This document shows positions 1-9,150 of a DNA stretch of 64,000 nt, piece by piece; the stretch's first letter is position 1; every line of letters begins with the position of its first letter. The translations under genes and the position numbers were made by a program. Origin of the DNA: an uncultured Gemmatimonadales bacterium (GTDB lineage Bacteria > Gemmatimonadota > Gemmatimonadetes > Gemmatimonadales > Gemmatimonadaceae); assembly GCA_963850905.1 (NCBI GenBank), contig CAWKMU010000003.1, positions 3,552,001 through 3,616,000 on the forward strand, written 5' to 3'. The notes beneath the pieces are model-generated. The model was not told the origin of the DNA and did not search any database. It saw only the letters and a program-made list of their open reading frames with translations.

Positions 1-430
1 GCGGGGTGACCGTTTCGGCCACCCGGAGCGACCCGATGCCGCCGCTCCGGAACAGCGTCAGGAGGTGGCTGAAGCTGGCGTAGTTGTCCAGGTCGAGTCG
101 TAGGCGCGTCGCATTGATGAAGATGAACTCGCCACTCGTCCGGAACTCGAGCTCCTGTTCTTCTGCGATGAGCGCGCGGGTCGCATGCGTCAGATCGTCG
201 AGCGCCTTGACGACCGCCGCGTTCTCCAGGGGATACAGCTTGATTGCGCGCATGGCACCGTAAAACGCGACCATGAACCCTCGGCCGAGCCGCCGGACGA
301 GCGCGTCGGACCCCGCCTCGTTTCGATGCGGGTTGGTATCGGGCTCGTGGTGCGTCGGCGCTGCATCGCCGACGGGTCCAGTGATCCCGGCACTCAGGCG
401 ACCGGACGAGCGGCGAGGAGGTGCGGTCAT
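1..430 (-). CDS. N-terminal part of a probable HD/HD-GYP-domain protein (runs off the window edge)
   Basis: Not in the ORF track. ATG at 430 overlaps the upstream stop (ATGA) and the frame is open to the edge: MTAPPRR...FMVAFYGAMRAIKLYPLENAAVVKALDDL...FIFINATRLRLDLDNYASF. The HD domain is not visible, so the product is inferred from recalled similarity of this N-terminus. Confidence 0.55.
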   Translation of the reverse strand, partial: MTAPPRRSSGRLSAGITGPVGDAAPTHHEPDTNPHRNEAGSDALVRRLGRGFMVAFYGAMRAIKLYPLENAAVVKALDDLTHATRALIAEEQELEFRTSGEFIFINATRLRLDLDNYASFSHLLTLFRSGGIGSLRVAETVTP

Positions 431-2176
431 GCAGCCCCGCGCAGCGCTTTGTTCACGGCGTTCCGGACCACCACATCCTTCTCGTTGCGAGCGCGCCGCA
501 GCGACTCCAGCGCGACCTCGGTCCCAATCCTGCCGAGCGCCATCGCCGCACACGCACGCGTCTCGCTTTCGTCCCGTTTACCGAGAAATCCGCGCGCATT
601 GAGCACGCCGTCGAGCAGCGGCACGCCGGCTTCGCCACTCAGCACGCTGAAGGCTTCGAACACGGCCATCTTCTCGGTCAGGTCGGCCTCTCGAAGCGCT
701 TTGGCCTTGACGGCCGCCTCGAAACGAGGGAGCGCGGGACGATACCCGTGCGCCGCCAGGGCGCGGGCCACCGCCACACGCACATCGCGGTCCGCGTCGT
801 CGATCGCGCGCTCGATCCCTTGCATAGCGCCCGGAGACCCGATCTCGCCCAGCGATTGCACGACGGCCAGTCGCATCACGGCATCCGCGTCCCCGAGGCG
901 ACGCATCAGCGCCGTCACGGCGGCCGGGCTTCGCACGGCGCCCGCGCGACGAACGGCTTCCAGCGCGACCTTGGGATTCGCGAGGCCAATGAGACGCACG
1001 AGCTCACTCGTGTTCGCGGCCGTGAGCCGCGTCGCGGCCCCCTGCAGCAGGTCGCGAACGCGAGGATCCTGGATACGAGGCAGCCAGGCAAAAACCGTCT
1101 CCATGGCTCGCGGCCGCAACTCCGCGAATAACGCGGTCAGGTCCTCGACGGGAGGCAGAGCAGTCGATTGCTCGAACGACTCCAGCAACTGGGATAAGGC
1201 GTCCGCCTGACTGAGTTGATCCGGAACCTTGTCGAGCCGGTCGCGCTGAGCCGGTGCCAGGTTGCCGGCTCGAGCGGTCGCGACCTTCGCCTCATTTAAC
1301 AGATACGCCACCGCGCGGAACTCGCGCGCGGTCAGAAAATGCACGATCAGCAGGTCCAGGACGCCGGCGATTTCATCGCGGATCTCCGCGTCCTCCTGAA
1401 TCTCGAAGATGTCGAGCAAGATCCCCATGACGTTCTGCCGGAGGTCACCGGCATACTCCGCCTCGACCTCCTGGCGCAGGTACGCGACTTCGCCCTCGTC
1501 GAGGAAGTAGAGGGTCGCATCGAAGTCGGCGAGATTCACGAGCCCGGGCCGTGATTCCAGCAGCTGCTCTTCCGGGCGGACCGGATCGTCCGCGCGAGGC
1601 GGCTCGATGCTGTGCGGCTCGTTCCGCGGTGTCAGTTCCCCGAGCCCAAGGCCGCCCTCGTCTGACAGCTCGACGTACTTGTAGCGCAGATGCAGGAGAT
1701 CGCGTTCCCACAGCATGACCAGGAGGTCGTCTTCATCTGGCGTTCTGCCGCCGGGCCCGCTGAATGATGTCCAGGAACCCGACGAGATCTTCCTCCTCGA
1801 AGCCCTTCTGGAAACGCAACTCTCGCACGCCGTCCTTGTAGAACAGCCACGGGAGACTATCGGCGGTTTTCCCCGGTTCCCTCACCACCGGGACTTGCTC
1901 CCACACAAATTCGGTCTCACTGACCTGCACCGAGAAGTCGTCCGTGTGCTCCCAGATAGGTGCGAACGATCCTCGCAACGCTTCGAGCGCCCGCACATAC
2001 GTCGGGTTGTTGTGCAAGTAGAGCTGATGTGCCCGCACGCCTTTCACGAAGACGCGGAGCATCTCCTCGATGGTCGAGCTGGGGAACGGTGTGGGCGGCG
2101 GCGTGTCCTCCTCCGCGGTTTGCTCCACGGAGAAGGCGGTGGAATGCCGCGGCTGAGCCGCTCCCGGAACAGTCAC
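427..2176 (-). CDS. HEAT-repeat protein (one frameshift near 1740)
   Basis: GTG at 2176 overlaps the trpB stop. ORF 1733..2290 ([12 protein letters not shown]...[10 protein letters not shown]) continues in another frame as [14 protein letters not shown] into ORF 427..1716, which has HEAT repeats ([47 protein letters not shown]). Confidence 0.8.
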
Positions 2177-3357
2177 GACCGACCGACTCCGAGCGCGCTG
2201 ACTTGCGCCACGTCCTTGTCCCCGCGCCCGCTGACACAGAGGACGATCGGATCGTCGGTCTTCCACCGGCCCGCTTGACTGACCAGCCACGCCACGGCGT
2301 GCGCCGTCTCGAGCGCGGGAATGATGCCCTCGGCCCGGCTCATCACCTCGAAACCATGCAGTGCCTCGACGTCCGTCACCGCGACGTAGGTCGCGCGGCC
2401 ACTGTCCTTGAGAAAGGCGTGCTCGGGACCAACCCCGGGATAGTCCAGGCCAGCCGAAACCGAGTGGGCGGGATGCACCTGACCGTGCGCGTCCTGCAGC
2501 AGATAGCTGAGTGCCCCGTGGAGCACGCCAGGTGTACCACGACTCAGCGATGCGGCGTGCCGTCCGGTCGCCAGTCCCTCACCGGCCGCCTCCACCCCGA
2601 TCAGCTCCACCTCGGCGTCGTCGACAAATCCCGAGAAGATGCCCATGGCATTCGAGCCGCCGCCCACACATGCGACGACGGTCCGCGGCAGACGACCCGT
2701 CCGCTCCAGGACTTGTTCGCGCGCCTCGCGCCCGATGATGGATTGGAATTCACGCACCATACGAGGGTACGGGGCGGGCCCCACGACCGACCCAATGATG
2801 TAGTGGCTGTCGGTGACGTTGGTGACCCAGTCGCGAATCGCCTCCGTAGTGGCGTCTTTGAGCGTGCGCGTACCGCTTTCGACTGGAACGACCGTCGCCC
2901 CCATCAGCCGCATGCGATAAACGTTCAACTCCTGGCGCCGCATATCCTCCGCGCCCATGTACACGACGCATTCCAGCCCGAAACGGGCACAAATGGTAGC
3001 GGTCGCGACGCCGTGCTGTCCCGCCCCGGTTTCGGCGATGATGCGGCGCTTCCCCATCCGCCGGGCGAGAAGCGCCTGGCCCACGGTGTTGTTGATCTTG
3101 TGGGCGCCGGTGTGGTTGAGGTCCTCCCGCTTGAGGAAAATCGGGGCGCCCACCATGGCCGAGAGACGCGGTGCATCACTGAGCGGCGACGGGCGCCCGA
3201 CGTAGTTTCGGAGGAGTTCAGCCAACTCGGCCGTGAATCCCGGGTCGGCAAGGGCGGTTTGGAAGGCCTCGGTCAGGGCCTCGAGCGCCGGGATGAGGGT
3301 TTCGGGGACATAGCGGCCGCCAAATAATCCAAAGCGGTCGGGAATGGCGAGTGTCAT
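2173..3357 (-). CDS. trpB: Tryptophan synthase beta chain
   Basis: [16 protein letters not shown] (PLP lysine), [32 protein letters not shown]. Confidence 0.97.
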   Translation of the reverse strand: MTLAIPDRFGLFGGRYVPETLIPALEALTEAFQTALADPGFTAELAELLRNYVGRPSPLSDAPRLSAMVGAPIFLKREDLNHTGAHKINNTVGQALLARRMGKRRIIAETGAGQHGVATATICARFGLECVVYMGAEDMRRQELNVYRMRLMGATVVPVESGTRTLKDATTEAIRDWVTNVTDSHYIIGSVVGPAPYPRMVREFQSIIGREAREQVLERTGRLPRTVVACVGGGSNAMGIFSGFVDDAEVELIGVEAAGEGLATGRHAASLSRGTPGVLHGALSYLLQDAHGQVHPAHSVSAGLDYPGVGPEHAFLKDSGRATYVAVTDVEALHGFEVMSRAEGIIPALETAHAVAWLVSQAGRWKTDDPIVLCVSGRGDKDVAQVSALGVGRS

Positions 3358-4056
3358 TCAGATGCTCCTAGAGGGTTCGGGGCCAAGCCCGATGGCTCGG
3401 TCGGCCGCCTTGACGGCTTCGATGAAGGCCTGCATGCGCGCGAGATCTTTGATGCCGGTGGCTGACTCGACGCCCGACGAGGTGTCCACGACATCCGGCC
3501 GAAGTGCGTCGATCGCCTCGCCGACGTTGTCCGCTGTCAACCCGCCCGCCAGCACGAGACGCCCCCGGCGGGTCGCCCCGGTTCGGCCGGCCCGCACTGC
3601 ATCGCTCAGCGCCCCCCAAGGCAACGCGACGCCGGTGCCTCCCAGCCGACCGTCGACATGGGCATCCAGGAGAATTCCATCGGCGACATCCCAGAGCGAC
3701 GGGATCACGTCAGGCAACTCAATCCCCCGACAGCGGACAACCGCCCAGATCGGCCGATCACAGGTGTGGCGGACCGCGATGATGTCCGCGGGCGTCGGGT
3801 CGCCGTGCAACTGGATCACATCGAGTCCCACCTTCTCGATCGCCGTCGCCAGCACGGCCGCGTCGGCTGTCGCGAACACACCAACCCGCCGCGGCCTCCG
3901 CTCCCTCCGGAGTTCGGCGAAGACGTTCGCGGCGGTGTCTGGCGTCTGGTGACGCGGCCCCCCGGCGAAGATGCATCCCACGTAGCCGACCCCGAGCGAC
4001 GCCGCCAATGCGGCATCAGCGGCGCGGGTCATCCCGCAGAACTTGATGTCCGTCAC
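3358..4056 (-). CDS. trpF: Phosphoribosylanthranilate isomerase
   Basis: IKFCGMTR, QLHGD, GGTG, LAGGL, VDTSSGVES; probable GTG start at 4056 immediately after the trpC stop. Confidence 0.93.
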   Translation of the reverse strand: MTDIKFCGMTRAADAALAASLGVGYVGCIFAGGPRHQTPDTAANVFAELRRERRPRRVGVFATADAAVLATAIEKVGLDVIQLHGDPTPADIIAVRHTCDRPIWAVVRCRGIELPDVIPSLWDVADGILLDAHVDGRLGGTGVALPWGALSDAVRAGRTGATRRGRLVLAGGLTADNVGEAIDALRPDVVDTSSGVESATGIKDLARMQAFIEAVKAADRAIGLGPEPSRSI

Positions 4057-4057
4057 C

Positions 4058-4885
4058 CTAGCGCCGCCGCTGGGTGGGGCAGCGAGGGACGGTGGAGAGC
4101 GCACGCACTGACGCCGCGGCGTCGAGCGCTGCCGAGAGCGCAGTACCAACGAGCACCGCATCTGCCCCTACCTCAGCGACGGCTTCGACGTCGGCTCGGT
4201 CCGCAACCCCGCTCTCCGCCACGGCAATGACGTCGACCGGCAGCATCGGAATGAGGCGGCGAGCCACCGTGGGGTCGACGTGCAGCGATTCCAGATCCCG
4301 ATTGTTCACGCCCACGACGCGCGCACCGGCCGCCAGCGCGACCTCCACTTCTCCCTCCGTGTGCACCTCAACGAGCAACTCGAGTCCCACATCGTGTCCT
4401 GCACGTACGAGCTCGCTGAGCCGGATCGGATCCACCGCCCGCACGATGATGAGCCCGGCGGACGCACCGAACGCTCGAGTTTCGAGGAGCTGCAAGGGGT
4501 CGATCAAGAAGTCTTTTCGAAGTACCGGCAAGGTGACGTGCGCCCGAACGGCCGACAGATCCTCGAGCCGTCCGGCGAATCGGTCGGGTTCCGTGAGTAC
4601 CGAGATCGCGGCGGCGCCGCCCGTCGCGTAATCACGAGCCCGACCGGCGGCATTGAGTCCCGGACTGATGTCCCCCCGCGACGGCGATCGGCGCTTGATC
4701 TCCGCGATGACGGCGACGTGGTCGCGACGCAGCGCGCTCGCGAACCCCGGTGGCTCAGGCGCGCGGCGCGCAGCCTGCGCGATCGTCTCCCGGCTCGCTT
4801 GCAGGCGGTCCGCGCGGACGCGCGCGGCTGTGACGAGCTCTCCCAGAGTCCCTGAAGGCGGCGTCCAGCGTGCAGCTACTTGCAC
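4058..4885 (-). CDS. trpC: Indole-3-glycerol phosphate synthase
   Basis: VIAEIKRRSPSRG, ISVLTE, LRKDF, GVNNRDL, AESG, LVG. Start uncertain (GTG 4885 preferred; ORF extends to 4942). Confidence 0.93.
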   Translation of the reverse strand: MQVAARWTPPSGTLGELVTAARVRADRLQASRETIAQAARRAPEPPGFASALRRDHVAVIAEIKRRSPSRGDISPGLNAAGRARDYATGGAAAISVLTEPDRFAGRLEDLSAVRAHVTLPVLRKDFLIDPLQLLETRAFGASAGLIIVRAVDPIRLSELVRAGHDVGLELLVEVHTEGEVEVALAAGARVVGVNNRDLESLHVDPTVARRLIPMLPVDVIAVAESGVADRADVEAVAEVGADAVLVGTALSAALDAAASVRALSTVPRCPTQRRR

Positions 4886-4929
4886 TTCGGGTATTGTTCG
4901 GCTAACGTGGGGTTTCGGAAGCTGTTCGG
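4885..4929. promoter_or_regulatory. Two putative direct-repeat LexA boxes
   Basis: CTTC-GGGTATT-GTTC (4885-4899) and TTTC-GGAAGCT-GTTC (4913-4927), four TTCGG units in all, 40-85 nt upstream of lexA; resembles the GTTC-N7-GTTC SOS box. Confidence 0.65.
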
Positions 4930-4968
4930 GACGGTCGACCAACCAAGGATCGGGTACCGAGGTCAGCT

Positions 4969-5577
4969 ATGTCACTCACGAAGCGGCAACGAGAAATCCT
5001 CAGTTATCTCGGCTCGTACACGGAGGCGAACGGCTACGCACCGAGCTTCGAGGAGATCGCCGCGCAGTTCAACTATAACTCGCTGGCAACAGTGCACGAG
5101 CACCTGACCAATCTCGAGCGCAAGGGCTACATCCGCCGGAGTTACAACGAGAGCCGCGCCATCGAGATCCTGCCATCGGATGTGTATCCTCGCGCCGTCG
5201 AGCTGCCGCTCTTGGGCACCGTTGCCGCCGGCGCGCCGATCGAGGCGGTCGAGTCATCGGAAGGGATCGCGGTGCCCGAGGGGTTCGTGCGGCGCGGCGG
5301 TGGGCACTATGTGCTGAGAGTGCGCGGCAATTCGATGATCGACGAGCAGATCCGGGACGGCGACTTCGTCGTCGTGCACGAGCGCAAGAACGCCGACAAC
5401 GGCGAAATGGTCATCGCGCTGCTCAACGGCAGCGGCGCCACGGTCAAGAAGCTCTACCGCGAACGCGATGGGCGCATTCGTCTGCAGCCGGCCAACGAGG
5501 CGCTCCAGCCCATGTACGTGCACGAGCGCGACGTCGCCATCCAGGGGATCGTAGTCGGCGTGCTTCGCCGCTACTAA
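4969..5577 (+). CDS. lexA: SOS repressor LexA
   Basis: wHTH LTKRQREIL...PSFEEIA...SLATVHEHL; Ala-Gly cleavage site GTVAAGAP; catalytic GNSM and TVKK; GAGGT RBS. Confidence 0.97.
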   Translation: MSLTKRQREILSYLGSYTEANGYAPSFEEIAAQFNYNSLATVHEHLTNLERKGYIRRSYNESRAIEILPSDVYPRAVELPLLGTVAAGAPIEAVESSEGIAVPEGFVRRGGGHYVLRVRGNSMIDEQIRDGDFVVVHERKNADNGEMVIALLNGSGATVKKLYRERDGRIRLQPANEALQPMYVHERDVAIQGIVVGVLRRY

Positions 5578-6689
5578 CGCGCGCTAAGGCGCGCGTAGGC
5601 GTGCCGCATCCGCTGTAGCGCGGCGAGACCGGCGCCGCTGTCGAGCGCTTCGACCGCGACCCGTAGCCCGTCCTCGTACGTCGCGGCACGCCCGGCGACA
5701 TACACCGCGGCCGCCGCGTTGAGAACCACCGCATTGCGCGCGCCACGCGAGCCACGGCCCGACAGCACATCGACGAGCAACGCCGCGTTCGCACGCGGCT
5801 CATCGCTGCGCAACTCGTCACGCGTCGCTTCGCCGAGGCCGAGTGACGCTGGATCGAGCGTCCAGCGTTGCTCCTCTGCCCCGCGGACTTCCACCACGTG
5901 CGTCGGCCCGAGCGGCGAGATCTCGTCCAGCCCGGGTTCGCCGTGCACGACGAGCGCGTGGCGTACACCCAGTGCCGCAAGGGCCGCCGCGACGAGCGCG
6001 AGCCGTTGGCGGTCCGCGACACCAATGACCTGACGCTGCGCGCCGGCGGGATTCGCGAGCGGACCGACGAGGTTCATGAGTGTCGGCACTCCCAGCTCAC
6101 GTCGGACCGCAGCCACATGTCGCATCGCCGGATGCATGAACGGCGCAAACATGAAGACGATGCCGGCGTCGACGAGGACCTCGCGCAGCACTTCGACCGG
6201 CGCCTCGAGAGGCACGCCGAGGGCTTCCAGTACATCGGCACTGCCGCAGCGCGACGTGTGGGAACGATTGCCGTGCTTCGCGATGCGCACGCCTGCGCCC
6301 GCAGCGACGAAGGCAGCGATCGTCGAGATGTTGAACGTCGTGATCGCGCCACCACCGGTCCCACAGGTGTCGACAAGATCCCCCGGGCCCTCTGCCCCGA
6401 GCGGCACCATCGCTCGGCGCAGCGCACGCGCCACCCCGGCCAACTCTGCCGGTGTCTCCCCCCTCGCGCGAAGCCCGAGCAGCAACCCGCCGATTTGCGC
6501 GGTCGTCGCTTCGCCGGCCATGACCGCCCCAAAGGCGTCAGCGACGACCCCTTCGCTCAGCGTTCCACCCTCCGCCACCGTCCGAAGTGCAGCGCGGAGA
6601 GCGGCCGCTGAGGCCGTGCGAGCGGACGGTTCAGCGTGTGACGTGGTGCCCACGGCTGGTGACGGCGGAGAGGCTACCTCACGCAACAT
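5574..6689 (-). CDS. trpD: Anthranilate phosphoribosyltransferase
   Basis: DTCGTGG, TFNIST, KHGNRS, GSADVLEALG, GPLANP, GLDEIS. Confidence 0.96.
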   Translation of the reverse strand: MLREVASPPSPAVGTTSHAEPSARTASAAALRAALRTVAEGGTLSEGVVADAFGAVMAGEATTAQIGGLLLGLRARGETPAELAGVARALRRAMVPLGAEGPGDLVDTCGTGGGAITTFNISTIAAFVAAGAGVRIAKHGNRSHTSRCGSADVLEALGVPLEAPVEVLREVLVDAGIVFMFAPFMHPAMRHVAAVRRELGVPTLMNLVGPLANPAGAQRQVIGVADRQRLALVAAALAALGVRHALVVHGEPGLDEISPLGPTHVVEVRGAEEQRWTLDPASLGLGEATRDELRSDEPRANAALLVDVLSGRGSRGARNAVVLNAAAAVYVAGRAATYEDGLRVAVEALDSGAGLAALQRMRHAYARLSAR

Positions 6690-7995
6690 GCATGTGCAGC
6701 ATCAGTCGGTCAGCGAGGCGCGCGTGCGAGACGACCAACGCGATGACCAGACCAAGCAGCCTGACGCGCTCCACATCCTCTTCCACGAAGACTCCTCGCT
6801 GTGCGCGATTCGTGAGGTTCACGACACCAACCAGCTCGTTGTGATATACCAGCGGGAAACTGATGAACGAGCCCGTCGTGAAGTATTGGTCTTGAAGGAG
6901 CGGATGACTCTGGGCTTCGGCGACATCCTGCACCAGCAACGGCTGCCGGCTTGCCGCTACACGGCCCGCAACACCTTCACCAATCGCAATGCGAGAACCC
7001 TGAACAATGTTGGGGGCAAGCCCACGCGCCGCGGCAAGGTAGAGGTATCCCGGCTCCGGTGCCCGCAACATAAGCGAACAACGCTGCGCCTGCATGTCGT
7101 CGCCGACGAGTGCGAGCAGACCGTCGACCAGTTGCCGCGGACTGGTCGCTCGATTGTCGACTGTCAGGACCTTGTCGATCAGATACAGCGTGCGCGTTTT
7201 CTGGCGAAGCGTCTCGCTCCGGCGGTGCAGCTCGACGTGAGATTGCTGCAATTGACCGACGGCCGCGGTCACCTGCTGCTCGACCGCTTCAGCCCGATGC
7301 ATGGCTCGACGCGCGTCCTCGGCGGCGCGCGCTGCCTCGCGCTCGAGGGCCACGATTCTGGCGGCGTCCGGGGCCGGTGCATCGCGGCCCGGGCTCGGCG
7401 CCGGGCCGCGCGCACGCAACTGCTGCTCGAGCGCCGCCAGCTTCTTCACATACTCGCCGTGCACCCGTTGTGTGACGTCCTCCAGTGTCTTCACCGCCTC
7501 GTCGCGTGCCTCACGCTCGGCAAATCGAGCGAAGCCGAGCTCGAACAGCGCGACAGCGGCGGCAAAGCGCTCCGAGGATCGGCTGCCGAAGATCTTTTTT
7601 GGCTCGTAGAGCGCGATGATCGCGGCCAGATACCCGTCGAACCGCAACCCGCGCAACGCGAGCTGCCCGTCCGGGACCGTGGGCAACCCGAACAGCCGCC
7701 CGTATTCGTCAGATTGCTCGGCGAGATCGACAAACCGCCCGCCGTGCGTCACCGCTTGCCGAATGGGACCGGGCAAATGGTCGAATGTGGTCTCGATCTG
7801 CGTGCGGGTCACGCGACCGCCTGCCGGCGTGAGGCGGTCGACCAGCATCTGACGGCGCCCGTCGTACCGCAGGAGTGCCAGGTGCGCGGATCGGTCGACT
7901 TCCGCGAGGCCTTCACCGAGCGCAACGAGCGCAATTTCGAGCGAAGGCGCAGCCGCCAGGGCGTGCGCCAGGGAGCCGAGAGTCCGAGGAGGCAT
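6679..7995 (-). CDS. GAF-domain protein with central coiled coil and no output domain
   Basis: C-terminal GAF (RCSLML...GEGVAGRVA...SFISFPL...GVVNLTN), coiled-coil middle, GAF-like N-terminus. Confidence 0.8.
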   Translation of the reverse strand: MPPRTLGSLAHALAAAPSLEIALVALGEGLAEVDRSAHLALLRYDGRRQMLVDRLTPAGGRVTRTQIETTFDHLPGPIRQAVTHGGRFVDLAEQSDEYGRLFGLPTVPDGQLALRGLRFDGYLAAIIALYEPKKIFGSRSSERFAAAVALFELGFARFAEREARDEAVKTLEDVTQRVHGEYVKKLAALEQQLRARGPAPSPGRDAPAPDAARIVALEREAARAAEDARRAMHRAEAVEQQVTAAVGQLQQSHVELHRRSETLRQKTRTLYLIDKVLTVDNRATSPRQLVDGLLALVGDDMQAQRCSLMLRAPEPGYLYLAAARGLAPNIVQGSRIAIGEGVAGRVAASRQPLLVQDVAEAQSHPLLQDQYFTTGSFISFPLVYHNELVGVVNLTNRAQRGVFVEEDVERVRLLGLVIALVVSHARLADRLMLHMHVA

Positions 7996-8201
7996 ACTAG
8001 GCTATCCGGCGCGCGCGACGCGTCGGCAATGCTCGAAAGAGGCCAAGAGGCTGCACCGGTCCGTAGTGTCTAAGACGAGACTGTGCCGGACTCGTGACGG
8101 CGGCAATCCCGAAGGCCGCTCATCCGCCCGCGCCTCGTGCCAAGGCCGCCGGGCCGCGACAGTCCGCGCGGGCGGCGCACAGTTCAGCTGGCGGCGGATA
8201 C

Positions 8202-8221
8202 GGGCGACGCAAGCGTCGCCC
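8202..8221. repeat. Degenerate REP-like palindrome
   Basis: GGGCGACGC-AA-GCGTCGCCC, the same stem as the element at 57931-57956. Confidence 0.55.
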
Positions 8222-8281
8222 ACGACGCGTACCTTGCGAAACCACAAGGAGTTCCGAATGGCGGACTGCAGGGTAGAATTC

Positions 8282-8309
8282 TTGACACCTCCCCCTCGAC
8301 CGATAACTT
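8282..8309 (+). promoter_or_regulatory. Sigma70-type promoter of truA, probably leaderless
   Basis: TTGACA (8282-8287), 16 nt, TAACTT (8304-8309), 7 nt, ATG 8317; no SD. Confidence 0.6.
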
Positions 8310-8316
8310 CACGACA

Positions 8317-9123
8317 ATGGCGGAGCGCACGGTCCAGCTCGTTCTCCACTACGACGGGACCCGCTTCGCTGGCTGGCAGCGCCAGCCGGACGCGAGGACC
8401 GTGCAAGGGGAGTTCGAACAGACCCTCAGTCGGCTGTGCAACGTAAAAACGCGCGCGGTCGGGGCGGGCCGGACCGATGCGGGCGTGCATGCCCGGGGGC
8501 AAGCGGTCGGTGCTCTGGTGCCGGCGACGTGGACCGTGACCAAGCTGCGGCGAGCGTTGAATGCGCTCCTCCCGGACGACATCTGGGTCGCCGCCGCGTA
8601 TGACATGCAACCGGACTTTCATGCGCGATACAGCGCGGTGTCGCGCGCCTACACCTACCGAATCGGGACGGACGACGAAGCGCACTCACCCTTTCGATCG
8701 CCGTGGGAATGGGCGGTCAAAGACCCGCTCGATCGGCAGCACCTCGCCGACGCGGCCCAGGCCGTGGTTGGCGACCATTGCTTTCGGGCATTCGCCGTCC
8801 GAGGGACGGCGCCGGAACGCGACGATCATCGGTGTGTGGTACACGACGCGCGGTGGCGCGAGCGCCCCGGAGGATTGAGCTTTGAGATTAGGGCAAACCG
8901 CTTCCTCCATCACATGGTCAGATTTATCGTCGGCACCATGGTGGAGGTCGCGACGGGGCGGCGCGAGGTTGGCGCGGTGGCTCAACTGCTCGAGGCATCA
9001 GACAACTCGGACGTCTCGCCGCCGGCTCCTGCGCACGCGCTCTGCCTCGAGCAGGTCGAGTACCCCCGCGACCTGTACCTGCCTGGTGCAGAGACGGACA
9101 ACGAGCGCACCATTCCAGGCTGA
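8317..9123 (+). CDS. truA: tRNA pseudouridine(38-40) synthase
   Basis: YDGTRFAGWQRQ, AGRTDAGVHARGQ, FHARYSA, RFLHHMVR. Confidence 0.96.
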   Translation: MAERTVQLVLHYDGTRFAGWQRQPDARTVQGEFEQTLSRLCNVKTRAVGAGRTDAGVHARGQAVGALVPATWTVTKLRRALNALLPDDIWVAAAYDMQPDFHARYSAVSRAYTYRIGTDDEAHSPFRSPWEWAVKDPLDRQHLADAAQAVVGDHCFRAFAVRGTAPERDDHRCVVHDARWRERPGGLSFEIRANRFLHHMVRFIVGTMVEVATGRREVGAVAQLLEASDNSDVSPPAPAHALCLEQVEYPRDLYLPGAETDNERTIPG

Positions 9124-9150
9124 CAGACGGTCGAACGGTAGGCGGAGGCA

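Noticed and set aside
1733..1745. TGA interrupting the HEAT-repeat gene as possible selenocysteine, given selA nearby
   Set aside because: The protein continues in a different frame, so this is an indel, not UGA read-through. The same applies to the TGA at 17760-17762 in purL.
6076..8073. 665-aa plus-strand ORF and many similar long ORFs (e.g. 1960..3327, 35201..36514, 41825..43039)
   Set aside because: Antisense shadows of well-supported genes in GC-rich DNA; no recognisable motifs.
7996..8280. Possible riboswitch or trp attenuator upstream of GAF-trpD
   Set aside because: GC-rich hairpins are present, but I could not recognise a Trp-rich leader peptide, T-box or riboswitch consensus; an Rfam scan would be needed.
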